From positions 6,103-70,102 of the forward strand of contig CALYBC010000020.1 in assembly GCA_944393725.1 (NCBI GenBank): 64,000 bases of DNA, read 5' to 3'. This DNA comes from an uncultured Alphaproteobacteria bacterium (lineage in GTDB: Bacteria > Pseudomonadota > Alphaproteobacteria > RF32 > CAG-239). Position 1 is the stretch's first letter; each line of letters begins with the position of its first letter. The notes beneath the pieces were generated by a model. It made no database searches and had not been told where the DNA came from. It saw only the letters and a list, made by a program, of their open reading frames with translations. Shown piece after piece: positions 33,210 through 42,525 of this stretch. A program made the translations under genes and the position numbers.

Positions 33210-35639
33210 CTAAAGATTTAAATATTTTGTAACAAAGTTGTCTTCGCCATATTCTTTTATCAATTCTTCTACCAACAAAACATTTTTTCTTCCGGAATTA
33301 TATATTTTGAGATAGGGTCCTAATCCGCTTAAATCGACATCTAAAATCACGGATTCACCTGTCGCCGGTCTGGACAAAAGAATTGCATACGGAAAATCAC
33401 GGTAGCTTTTACCAAAAATAAAGTCTGTTTCTGCCTCGGTTAAGTTCCAGTTCAAATAATCTTCCGGCATGGCTTGAGGGTTACGGAAAAAGATTACGGT
33501 TTGGCATTGGCCGCGAATGACCTCGCCGACACCGAGCTTATCAATAATATTGGGTTGTTGAAACGCACATAAATATGCTTGGCGTTTTTTACGACCTTCT
33601 TGCAAACCGATGGCAAAATAGTCTCTAAACATCGGGTGTTTTAACATTGGCGCCGTTTCATCAATCATAATCAGTGACGGTACGCCGGTGTCACCGGTTT
33701 CGGACTGTATGCGGTGCATAATATAGCTAATTACGGCCGGAGCCAAAGTCTCGTCTTCAAATATGTGGGTAAAGTCAAATGCCATAAAACGTTTGCTCTT
33801 TAAGTCCAAACTATCGTCTTGAGAATTGAAAATATTACCATACTGATCGGGATTTACCCATTTAAATAGTTCGCGACGCATATTGCCGGTCGGAGAAAAG
33901 CAACTCTTGTAAAGATTGCTCATAATTCTTTCCTCGGGCCGCAAATAATCAAAAGCCGTGGTTACCGCACGAGCAATTTCTTTTTCGGAAACAGCATCAT
34001 CAACAAGCGTGATGGCTCGCATCCAACGACGCAGAAAAGCTCGGTTGTTGGGGGTGTTAGCACAAGCAAACGGATTCAAAGAAACATTTTTTTCGTCGCC
34101 CTCAAAGCCTACATAGGCTCCTTTGATCGCACGTGTAAATATTTCGGCACCGCGGTGACGGTCAAAGAAAAAAACTTTCAAATCGGCATGACGCATGGCT
34201 TGTCCGGCCAAGAAAGTAAGCAATGTCGTCTTACCTTGACCGGTCGGTCCAATAATGCAACAGTGGGCAACCGCAGAATCTTCTGAGGATACATGGAACT
34301 GAAATCGATATGCCGAACCGGAGGTCGTACGAAATACGGTAATCGCTCCCGGACCCCAGTCTGATTTAGAAAAACCTTCCGACGGTTTATCAAAGGAAAC
34401 TGCCGTTGCGACAACTCTTGATAGGTAACGATAGGTTCTGGGCAAAGTTTCATATGTGGGAAACTGGTTGAAGAATGTCGCTTGAGCAACCCACCCTTCT
34501 CTGACGGGGGTTACACTGAATAAACGGCATATTCGCTGGACTTCACTTTCGGCATTATCTATTTCTTCTTTGCTTTCACCTCTTAACATTATTGCCATGG
34601 CATATTCGGTTAAAGCTTGGTGGTCACTGTCGCTTTCTTCAATCGCCGAAAGAACTTCGCTGTATTGGTCAATAACATCACCGGAAAAACTGGTCATCGC
34701 GGCCATTCTTTGCTGTTGTAATAATAACGCACGGGCTTGCGGCTTAAATATGGGGCGAATGTTGTGCAACAAGACCAATTCACAGTCTATTGCCAACAAA
34801 GAAGACACCATTGCTTCGTCCATGTAATCGCCGGATGAGCGTATTCCCATAACGACTTCATACAATTCTTTGTCGCCGGAGAAAAATTTGATAATACCCT
34901 CTTCTCCGGTAAAGTGAATATGATCTGCCGTTAACAGCTGATTAAGTTGCGCCCCGACGGCACCTCTGACTTTGGGCTTGGGCCTTGATACCGGTGAACA
35001 CAGCTTTGAATAGACAATAAACGGACTATCATCAGCCGAACTTCCCTCTTCCTCAATTAAAGGCTTGACGCCATAATCATTTAGAGTTGCAACCAATGAC
35101 TGCGAGGCATAGTTTAAGTCTTTAAGATTTTCATCTCGGTCGGCGACCGAAAGAACTATGTAGTGCGTGTTGAAGAATACTCGATTAATGTTCTCTTGCC
35201 AAACCTCCGATATCTGCTCCAGCAACGGATTATTAAAGTTGCTGACATTTTCTTCCAGAGGTACTTTTTCTCTTATAGTGATTACACGGCAGGTAACCTG
35301 TAAGTCGGACATACCGTCTATCCATGACTTTCTGGCTTCCAGCATAGAGGCTACTTTTTCTTCCGTGGCAAAGGCCAAATCGGCTCCGGTAACCCTAAAC
35401 ACACGAGCCAGAGCACCATTATAGCAGCGAATCGTCATACCGTCGGAAAGAAGCTTTTCAAACGGCATAAAATCCGAAACGCGAGACTCTCTCGGATGGG
35501 GTAAGACTAAGTGGCCGAACTTGGTTGCCCAAAAGCCGGCAAATGCTGCTGCCGAAATAAATCCTATAACGGCAACCAATATTTCAAAACTTGACAGACC
35601 TTCAACGAAGATCGAAAAAAAATCATAATCAGGGTGCAA
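33210..35639 (-). CDS. virB4: VirB4/TrbE/CagE-family T4SS ATPase
   Basis: 809 aa with N-terminal TM, Walker A GPTGQGKTT, and Walker B PSLIMIDETAP. It overlaps virB3 by 11 nt. Confidence 0.93.
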   Translation of the reverse strand: MHPDYDFFSIFVEGLSSFEILVAVIGFISAAAFAGFWATKFGHLVLPHPRESRVSDFMPFEKLLSDGMTIRCYNGALARVFRVTGADLAFATEEKVASMLEARKSWIDGMSDLQVTCRVITIREKVPLEENVSNFNNPLLEQISEVWQENINRVFFNTHYIVLSVADRDENLKDLNYASQSLVATLNDYGVKPLIEEEGSSADDSPFIVYSKLCSPVSRPKPKVRGAVGAQLNQLLTADHIHFTGEEGIIKFFSGDKELYEVVMGIRSSGDYMDEAMVSSLLAIDCELVLLHNIRPIFKPQARALLLQQQRMAAMTSFSGDVIDQYSEVLSAIEESDSDHQALTEYAMAIMLRGESKEEIDNAESEVQRICRLFSVTPVREGWVAQATFFNQFPTYETLPRTYRYLSRVVATAVSFDKPSEGFSKSDWGPGAITVFRTTSGSAYRFQFHVSSEDSAVAHCCIIGPTGQGKTTLLTFLAGQAMRHADLKVFFFDRHRGAEIFTRAIKGAYVGFEGDEKNVSLNPFACANTPNNRAFLRRWMRAITLVDDAVSEKEIARAVTTAFDYLRPEERIMSNLYKSCFSPTGNMRRELFKWVNPDQYGNIFNSQDDSLDLKSKRFMAFDFTHIFEDETLAPAVISYIMHRIQSETGDTGVPSLIMIDETAPMLKHPMFRDYFAIGLQEGRKKRQAYLCAFQQPNIIDKLGVGEVIRGQCQTVIFFRNPQAMPEDYLNWNLTEAETDFIFGKSYRDFPYAILLSRPATGESVILDVDLSGLGPYLKIYNSGRKNVLLVEELIKEYGEDNFVTKYLNL

Positions 35640-35919
35640 ATTTGTTCCCCTTCACTTTATAGAGGTTGGTTGTTTTCTTGGCACTTTGGCCATATGCCTG
35701 AATCATTGCTGAAATATGCGGTTCTTTAATACCCATAAAAACGCTTATCACATGCCCCAAAACCAGAGATGCCATAAACCATATCGGGTTGACATTAAAT
35801 GTCCCCATAAACATAAACATTATCGGAAATTGCACACCTAAATTGAGCAGAACCGGCAAAAACGGTCCCCACAGAATCTTGGGTGGATTTGCAACTGCCT
35901 TTAATATTACTGCGCGCAT
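35629..35919 (-). CDS. virB3: VirB3-family protein
   Basis: 96 aa: PPKILWGPFLPVLLNLGVQFPIMFMFMG and a second helix, then KEPHISAMIQAY. Positioned directly upstream of, and overlapping, virB4. Confidence 0.8.
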   Translation of the reverse strand: MRAVILKAVANPPKILWGPFLPVLLNLGVQFPIMFMFMGTFNVNPIWFMASLVLGHVISVFMGIKEPHISAMIQAYGQSAKKTTNLYKVKGNKFAP

Positions 35920-36013
35920 ATCATTTCTCTTTCAAACTACAGCCGTATTTATGATAAAACATCCGTTATTTTTTCGCAACAACACAAATAATTTTATCCT
36001 ACCATATTTGAAG

Positions 36014-36063
36014 CAAAAAAACGGAAGCATTACATACCTTTGTGGTAGAGCATACTTCCGTTT
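36014..36063 (-). terminator. Candidate intrinsic terminator/attenuator between the pilin-type genes and virB3
   Basis: On the minus strand, AACGGAAGTAT ... ATGCTTCCGTT forms an 11-bp stem with one G-U pair and a 21-nt loop with an inner TACC/GGTA pairing, followed by T7. It lies 24 nt after the stop of the 1853-aa gene. Confidence 0.5.
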
Positions 36064-36086
36064 TATGAATAATGCGTTAACTTGTT

Positions 36087-39000
36087 TTAGCCATACAACT
36101 CTTTTTCAAGTCTTCTGACCTCGGCAACCGATTTATCATAATTGCTTTGTGCGGTGCTTAACTTGTTTCTGGCCTGATTTAACTTGCTTTGGTAATCATC
36201 ATACAAAGCCTTGGCCTCTTTATACTCATCGTAAAGCTGAGCTGCTCGTCTAAGACCGGCCTCATCACCTTCTTGCAGGCTGTTCTTGGCTTGCGTATAT
36301 CTCAATGCCGCATTATCCACTACATTTCTTTGTTGCGACACCAGTCTCTCATATTTATTGATGTCTGATGACGCTTCCTGCATGTCTGCTTGGTATTGGC
36401 GTTGTTTATATTTTTCGGATTCCAAAGCCTTGCGTTGATAATCACTTTCATAACTTTGCAATTCGCTGTTAAGAGCATCATACTCCTGCTTGGCGGCAGC
36501 AGCCTCGCTAGCGGCCAAAGAGTACTGACTTGCCAAACGATCAGCTAGTTGGCAATCGCTTGCACTGCCGCTTTGTTGACAACGCTGCAATGCCTTTTGG
36601 TATTCATTATAAGCGTTGTTGGCAACCGCCTCTTTCTCGTTCTTGTTATATTCGGCCACATCAGTCTTATTTTTTTGCTCGACATAGCTGTTTTTAGAGG
36701 CCTGAGCTACCGCATTGGGGTTGGTTTCGCTTTCATACTGATTAACCAGTATCTGATTTGCGACATCCTCACTTGAGGTTAAGCGGCTATCACCGGTTTG
36801 ATTGACATCTTCTTGAGTATAAGAGTCAAGTCTGTCGGCGGCGTCATTAGCTTCGGAGTATGCACTGTTATAATCGCGTTGGGCTTGTTCTTTTTGCTTA
36901 GACAAGTCATTATACTCGCTTGTCTTTTCTTCATACTCATCTTTTTTGTCGCTCATTTCGGCAAGCTTGCTTTCGTACTCGCGTCTTAATTGGTTAATTT
37001 CAGACTGGCTGGCTCCGCTTGATACCGCCTGATTGTAGGCGTCTTGTGCGGCTTGAGCATCTTTCATAGCTTGATTGTACTCATCTTTGGCCGTGTTCAT
37101 ATCATTTTGGGCACTATCAATCTTGCCATTAACTTCATCAAGTGTCGCTTTGGCGTTTTCAGATTTTTCTTTAGCGTTTTCCAAATCGCGTTGAGCCTGA
37201 TTTTGGTTGGCAGTAAGAGCATTTTGATATGCGTCTTCGGCCTTGTTCTTAGCTGCGTCATAATCGTTTTTGGTCTGCTCAAGTTGATCTTTTTTATTGT
37301 TGAGAGCGGCATTGGCTGCAGACGAAGCCTCTCTGGCGGTTGTACATAGCGAACTTGTGGGATCGTTTGCACAGGCTCTGTCAGCACTCTGCTGTTTACT
37401 TGCAGCCTCTTGTTCAAGTTGTTTTACCTGTTGTTCTTGACTGTTGACCGCAGAATAGAGGGCGTCGGCTTCGGACATGGCTTGCTCGTACTGACTGTTG
37501 GCAATTTCAGCCTCGTGTTCAAGTCTTTGAGCTTCTTGCTCTTGCTCATAAGCAAGTTGTTGCTCCATCTCTTTTAATTTTTGGTCCTCGGCGTTGCTTA
37601 CCAGCTTATTGGCCGTATCCTCAGAGGTCTCATAGCGACTGTCGCCGGTGGCATTCTCTTTCTCATTTACATAAGAGGTTAAAGTATTGGCGGCATCAAG
37701 AGCCTTTTGACGAGCACTAGCACACTCGGCACTACCGGGGTTCTTGTCGCAAATGCTGTCTGCATCCTTAGCTGCTTTTTCGTAATCATCTTCAGCCTTG
37801 GAAATGTTGCTTTCTAACGCTTCATTATAAGCGTGTTCCATTGATCTCTTGGCATCATCATACTCATCTTTGGTCTTGCTTAATTGATCTTCTTTGGCCT
37901 GCAATGAATCTTCAACTGCTTGCAAGCTGTTGCGTGAAGCCTGACACAAAGGCGAAGTATCATCATCACCGTTACAATTTTGCTCAACTGCCTTTTCGGC
38001 ACTGGCTTTTTGATTTTGCAACTGCTTAACTTCTTGTTCTTGCTTTTGCATATCGTTATACATATTGCTTACTTGTTCGCTTTTAGCTCGATAATCCTCG
38101 TTTTTGCCGGCATTGCTTTCACGATAAGCCTGATCGGCAGCGGCCTGAGCCTGAGCACGACCTTGCTGTACTTGTTGTTCCTTCTTTTCGGCTCTTACAT
38201 CATTTATACTCTTGCCTCCTCCAAGAATCGGGGCACTTTCTACGGCATTGGTAACGACACCTACCTGCATCAAACCATCTTGAGCAAAGCTGTTTAGTTG
38301 TGAAGATTTATCACTGATGTCTGACGCTAAATCATTAGCAAAAGTCAAGCCATTGCTTGCTCCTACTATCTGTTCCGTAGTAACACTGTTGCCATATTCG
38401 TCGACAATTACATTACCAGCATAATCGGTTAGTTCGACTTCTTCTTTAGCAACGGCTCCGGTTTCTGCATCCCACTTTTGTCCTTTAATAGCGGCGTCAA
38501 GAGCGTTGGTTGCTTCGCCGGAATTTCTTTTGTCTTGGAGTTGCTGTTGCTGCTCAACACTCTTGCCCATATCTTGGACATTGTTAGATATGGTAGAAAT
38601 AGCATTGGTAACAGAGCCGACTGCTCCGGTAGTTGTGGAAACCGCAGTATTAACATTGCTCAAAATAATGCCGGTATTGGTCACAATCTCGGTTAAGCTG
38701 GCGCCTTTCATATTTTGTGCAGCTTGTTTAATGTTGGCAACAGTATCTTTTACCGTATCAACTCGGGCTTTCATATCCTGAGCCACTGCAACCGTAGTCT
38801 TAACCGTATCAGCAGCTTTTTTGGCCGTTGAAATAACATCTTTAACACAACTGGTAAAGTTGCCCCAACCAGAGCCGCTGGTTCCTTGGCAGAATTTACG
38901 AGCTTCCGCTTCTTGACCACCGCCAATATCACCGCCGGAATAGTATGCTTCCATGCGTTTGGTATAATCGGCGTCTATTGCCTCGCTAAAATCGTACAAA

Positions 39001-41648
39001 CCTTTGGTTGTCGTTGCAATATCACCATAAACATAGTAGCTGTCATTAAAGGCATTGGCTAAACGACTTCTGTCATCACCGTCAGTACCTGCAGTCTTGG
39101 CACCATCTTTCCAATATCCGATATAATATCCGTCAGCACCACCGTTGCCGACCATATATTCAATCAACCGCCCCATGTTAGCTACAAGAAACAAGCCCAT
39201 GGCGATATTGGCAAACCATTTCCAACTCAGCTTATTGAATATGGCCATCCAAGCAAAGCCGATTAAACCAAAACCGGCAAATATGTATACTAAGGGCTTG
39301 AGGCCAACGACAATTCGAGCTGCACGACGGGTTATCTTCTCTAAGACATCGTCACCGGTATCGTAACTGAAATCCCCTTGATATCCGCCCAAACTTGATA
39401 CTGCCGGACGCTGTTTTTTATCAATATTAACTATGCCAAAGCTATTGGGAGATTCCGTACCTTCTTTTAGGGCTCGCTCGGCCGCGGCGACCTCGTTCCC
39501 GTAGCGCATTCTCATTTCGCATTCGCGGTCGCCATTGCAAGTTGTATCTATATATTTGGCGAGTTCTTCATCTCTGGCTCTGAGGGCTTCCATACATTCT
39601 TGGCTGCTGGAACCGTATTGACGACAAGTTGCGGCGGCTTGTTCAGAGGCTTGATCGTAAGCTTCACTATAGGCATCGGATAATATGGATTGATTTGCCG
39701 CAGCTTCTTTTTCTTCGGCGGCTTTAAGGGCTTCTTGAGCCGCTTTACAAGTCTCGGATTCCGGATCGTCGGCACAGGCAAGCTCTGCGTTAGTTTTGGC
39801 GGCTTCGAGCTCCAGTCTGGCTTTTTCATAATTGAGGGAATTAAGCTCTTTTTGAGCCGCGGCACAATCCTCTGATTTCGCATTGCCGCCGGCACAAGCC
39901 TCTTGCATTTTTTGATTGGCTTCGTCTATTTCGGCTTGCACCTGACTTTGTTGTTGCTGGTTTACACCTAAAGATTGTTCTTGGCTCTGTTGATTAGCCG
40001 CATCTGAGTTGTCTTTAGCACTTTCATATGCAGCATCAGCATCTTCTTGAGCTTGTTTGGCTGCATCTCTTTCTTCTACGGCAGCAGCTACTTTATCTTT
40101 TGCAGCTTGACAAGCTTCTGATGTGGGATCTCCACAAGCGGCAGCCATTTGATCAAGAGCGTCTTGATATGCTTTTTCGGCATTTTTAACTCTATTATCA
40201 GCTGCATTTTTAGCATTGCTTGCCGCAGATAATTCATTATCGGCATCGACTTTGTTTTTATTGGCTTTTGCCGCCGCACAATTAGGATCGCTCTCATCAC
40301 AATTTGCCAAAGCATTTTCTGCCGCTTGCTTTTGTTCATTGTAGGAATCGCTTCTCTGTTTGTCGGAATCGGCTTTGCTTTGAGCGGAGTTGTAAGCTGC
40401 TTCGGCCTCGGAATAAGCGGCAGTAGCTTGTTTACATTCTTTACTGTTGGGTTTAAGACAGGCGGCATCAACACGTGCTTCGGCATCAGCCAAAGCAGTC
40501 TCGGCTGCCTTAGCCGCGGCAGCTGAGGCTTCAGCGTCTTTTGCGGCCTGATCGGCACCGGCAGCAACCGCCGCATAATCATCTACTGCCGTGCTAATAT
40601 CTTCTTTGTAGCCTTGGTCTCTTTGTTCTTTTGCGGTCTTGTCCGCCGCATCCTTTGCCGAATCAGAAATCATCTGCTCCTGCTGCTTACGGAGGTTTTC
40701 ATCGTGTTCCATTTCTTGGTAGGTACTGTTTGCCTTGGCATTAGCTAATTCTTGCTGGGCTTTTTCGCATTTGGACGGATTATACTTTGGGCTGCTTTTA
40801 GAGCAGTAGTCATCAACCTTCCCTTGCGCCTTGTCTACTTTTTGCTGAGCTTTTTCTTCGGCTTTTTCTTGTTTTTTCTGGGTCTTTGCATCAGCCTTAT
40901 CTAACTCGGATTGAGCTTTTTGCTCGGCAGCTAATGCCTCGGCTTCTTGTTGCTTAGATAACTCTAAATCTCTTTGTTTTTCATTTAATGTATTGTTAGC
41001 TATGTTAACATTTGCTGCGGCAGTTATACACTCCATTGAATTGGGATCTTTTGCACAAAGGTTTTGCATATCCTCTCTGGCTTGTTGGGCGTTCTGTTGA
41101 GCCTGTTGCAATTCATTATTGGCTTTGTTTACGCTTTCGCTAGCTTGCTCACGATATGATACAGCATCGCCATAATTAGATCTTGCCTGATCACTCTTCG
41201 CTCCAGCTTTGTCGGCGGCTTTGTCGGCGAGGGTATCTTTGCCGGTACCGTTTGTTTGTTCTGCGGTTTTGCTATTGTTTTCATTTATTTTTGCTTCACA
41301 CTCGGTACTTACTTTTTTCTGTGCATCACTAACTTTTTGAGCCTGATCTGATTGAACCTGTTCATATTTTTTTTGAGCCACATCTTTTTGTGCCAATGCA
41401 GTCTGATAACCAGAGCAATAGGTTAATTCTATACCATCACATGAAGCTTGAGCTTTTGAAACTGCGGAATTGGCTTTGGATAATTCTTCTTGAGCTTTTT
41501 TTAGCTCGGCAGATTGTGTTTTCTGCGCCTTTTTATAGTCATCTTGTGCTTGCTTACACGCATCTGCAGCAAAAGAGGTATTGACAGAAAAAGCCATTAC
41601 CATGCCGATAAGCATTATTACCTTACTTATTTTAGATAATTTTATCAT
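36087..41648 (-). CDS. 1853-aa protein: signal peptide, ~770-aa coiled-coil arm, VirB2/TrbC-like two-helix hairpin, ~1000-aa coiled-coil arm
   Basis: Signal peptide IMLIGMVMAFSVNTSFA. Central VGLKPLVYIFAGFGLIGFAWMAIFNKLSWKWFANIAMGLFLVANMGRLIEYMVG (WKW at about 39216-39224) is colinear with the cores of the 113-aa and 229-aa VirB2-like ORFs. The flanks are A/E/K/Q/D-rich, with about 16 C-x5-14-C loops (e.g. CLKPNSKEC, CGDPTSEAC, CADDPESETC, CDKNPGSAEC, CANDPTSSLC). Confidence 0.8.
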   Translation of the reverse strand: MIKLSKISKVIMLIGMVMAFSVNTSFAADACKQAQDDYKKAQKTQSAELKKAQEELSKANSAVSKAQASCDGIELTYCSGYQTALAQKDVAQKKYEQVQSDQAQKVSDAQKKVSTECEAKINENNSKTAEQTNGTGKDTLADKAADKAGAKSDQARSNYGDAVSYREQASESVNKANNELQQAQQNAQQAREDMQNLCAKDPNSMECITAAANVNIANNTLNEKQRDLELSKQQEAEALAAEQKAQSELDKADAKTQKKQEKAEEKAQQKVDKAQGKVDDYCSKSSPKYNPSKCEKAQQELANAKANSTYQEMEHDENLRKQQEQMISDSAKDAADKTAKEQRDQGYKEDISTAVDDYAAVAAGADQAAKDAEASAAAAKAAETALADAEARVDAACLKPNSKECKQATAAYSEAEAAYNSAQSKADSDKQRSDSYNEQKQAAENALANCDESDPNCAAAKANKNKVDADNELSAASNAKNAADNRVKNAEKAYQDALDQMAAACGDPTSEACQAAKDKVAAAVEERDAAKQAQEDADAAYESAKDNSDAANQQSQEQSLGVNQQQQSQVQAEIDEANQKMQEACAGGNAKSEDCAAAQKELNSLNYEKARLELEAAKTNAELACADDPESETCKAAQEALKAAEEKEAAANQSILSDAYSEAYDQASEQAAATCRQYGSSSQECMEALRARDEELAKYIDTTCNGDRECEMRMRYGNEVAAAERALKEGTESPNSFGIVNIDKKQRPAVSSLGGYQGDFSYDTGDDVLEKITRRAARIVVGLKPLVYIFAGFGLIGFAWMAIFNKLSWKWFANIAMGLFLVANMGRLIEYMVGNGGADGYYIGYWKDGAKTAGTDGDDRSRLANAFNDSYYVYGDIATTTKGLYDFSEAIDADYTKRMEAYYSGGDIGGGQEAEARKFCQGTSGSGWGNFTSCVKDVISTAKKAADTVKTTVAVAQDMKARVDTVKDTVANIKQAAQNMKGASLTEIVTNTGIILSNVNTAVSTTTGAVGSVTNAISTISNNVQDMGKSVEQQQQLQDKRNSGEATNALDAAIKGQKWDAETGAVAKEEVELTDYAGNVIVDEYGNSVTTEQIVGASNGLTFANDLASDISDKSSQLNSFAQDGLMQVGVVTNAVESAPILGGGKSINDVRAEKKEQQVQQGRAQAQAAADQAYRESNAGKNEDYRAKSEQVSNMYNDMQKQEQEVKQLQNQKASAEKAVEQNCNGDDDTSPLCQASRNSLQAVEDSLQAKEDQLSKTKDEYDDAKRSMEHAYNEALESNISKAEDDYEKAAKDADSICDKNPGSAECASARQKALDAANTLTSYVNEKENATGDSRYETSEDTANKLVSNAEDQKLKEMEQQLAYEQEQEAQRLEHEAEIANSQYEQAMSEADALYSAVNSQEQQVKQLEQEAASKQQSADRACANDPTSSLCTTAREASSAANAALNNKKDQLEQTKNDYDAAKNKAEDAYQNALTANQNQAQRDLENAKEKSENAKATLDEVNGKIDSAQNDMNTAKDEYNQAMKDAQAAQDAYNQAVSSGASQSEINQLRREYESKLAEMSDKKDEYEEKTSEYNDLSKQKEQAQRDYNSAYSEANDAADRLDSYTQEDVNQTGDSRLTSSEDVANQILVNQYESETNPNAVAQASKNSYVEQKNKTDVAEYNKNEKEAVANNAYNEYQKALQRCQQSGSASDCQLADRLASQYSLAASEAAAAKQEYDALNSELQSYESDYQRKALESEKYKQRQYQADMQEASSDINKYERLVSQQRNVVDNAALRYTQAKNSLQEGDEAGLRRAAQLYDEYKEAKALYDDYQSKLNQARNKLSTAQSNYDKSVAEVRRLEKELYG

Positions 41649-41688
41649 GGCTACCTCCTGTCTTTATTTCTGGTCCTTATAAATTGTT

Positions 41689-42378
41689 TTATTCCGTCGT
41701 CATCTCTTCCAAACCTGCCTCTTCGGCTATTTGGGATTCCGATGATGATCCACCATAGGGGACACTAATCCACCCTCCGCCGGAAACACTTTCGGTATAG
41801 TTATCATTAAATTCTTGTGTACTCATCGATGTAGGAGCGGTTATGGTATTGGTAATGAGTTTGTCATCAAAATCAGGACAGCCGGTTATCATTACCACAA
41901 TTTCTCCGGCAGAGGCGATTACTACCAGCGAGATGATTATCGCGCCCAACCACTTCCAGTTTAGGTTGCCGAAAAAGCCTCCGACAGCCACTGCGATAAT
42001 ACCAAAACCGGCTACAACATATATCAAATCGCGCAGTCTCTTGAAAATTAAAACACCCGTGTTGACAAGCTGAGAAAATGCTCCGCCGCTGGTACCACAA
42101 AAGGTGGCATTTTGTTCGGCTCCCGCTCCTTGGCCTTTTACCACAACATCTGTTTTTTCTTCTTGGGTTTTAGTTTCTTCTTGAGCCGGAGTTTCTTCTT
42201 TAGGTTGAGAATTACTGTTTTCTTCTGGAGCATTCATACAAACCCAATTAATACACACCTGCCCCTCGTCACAACCGCATAAATCCGATGACATCTGTGC
42301 ATACACATTTCCAGTGCCATAGATGCAAACAAACAAGGCTATAAGAAGCACTTTTAATATGTCTTTTATCTTATACAT
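41689..42378 (-). CDS. 229-aa VirB2/TrbC-domain paralog with a Cys-rich, acidic N-terminal extension
   Basis: Signal peptide, then LCGCDEGQVCINWVCM, then an E/T/Q-rich linker, then LIYVVAGFGIIAVAVGGFFGNLNWKWLGAIIISLVVIASAGEIVVMITG. Confidence 0.75.
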   Translation of the reverse strand: MYKIKDILKVLLIALFVCIYGTGNVYAQMSSDLCGCDEGQVCINWVCMNAPEENSNSQPKEETPAQEETKTQEEKTDVVVKGQGAGAEQNATFCGTSGGAFSQLVNTGVLIFKRLRDLIYVVAGFGIIAVAVGGFFGNLNWKWLGAIIISLVVIASAGEIVVMITGCPDFDDKLITNTITAPTSMSTQEFNDNYTESVSGGGWISVPYGGSSSESQIAEEAGLEEMTTE

Positions 42379-42481
42379 CTTATCCTCCTATTTGCCTTGG
42401 TTCGCTTTATTGACTGAGTTTGTTTTTGTACATCATTACTTGTATAAAAATAAATCCAGCCTGCTTTTGTTTAGGCCTTGA

Positions 42482-42511
42482 GCCCCGAGGCTTTTGCAAA
42501 AGCCTCGGAGC
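42482..42511 (-). promoter_or_regulatory. Perfect 24-nt palindrome (stem-loop) just downstream of virB2
   Basis: CCGAGGCTTTTGCAAAAGCCTCGG at 42485-42508, 17 nt after the virB2 stop. No T-run follows on the coding strand, so a processing/stability hairpin or weak attenuator is more likely than a full terminator. Confidence 0.45.
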
Positions 42512-42525
42512 CCTGACCAAACTCA

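Noticed and set aside
36087-41648. Many 60-165-aa ORFs antisense or out of frame inside the giant gene (e.g. 37097..37417, 39548..39895, 40088..40582). Also the idea that the giant ORF is a cytoplasmic SMC/M-protein-like coiled coil or a low-complexity artefact.
   Set aside because: The shadow ORFs have K/P/L-biased, low-information composition, typical of frames opposite GCx/GAx/AAx-rich coding. The giant ORF has an RBS, a signal peptide, regularly spaced Cys pairs, and a central hairpin homologous to its two upstream neighbours. It has no Walker motifs.
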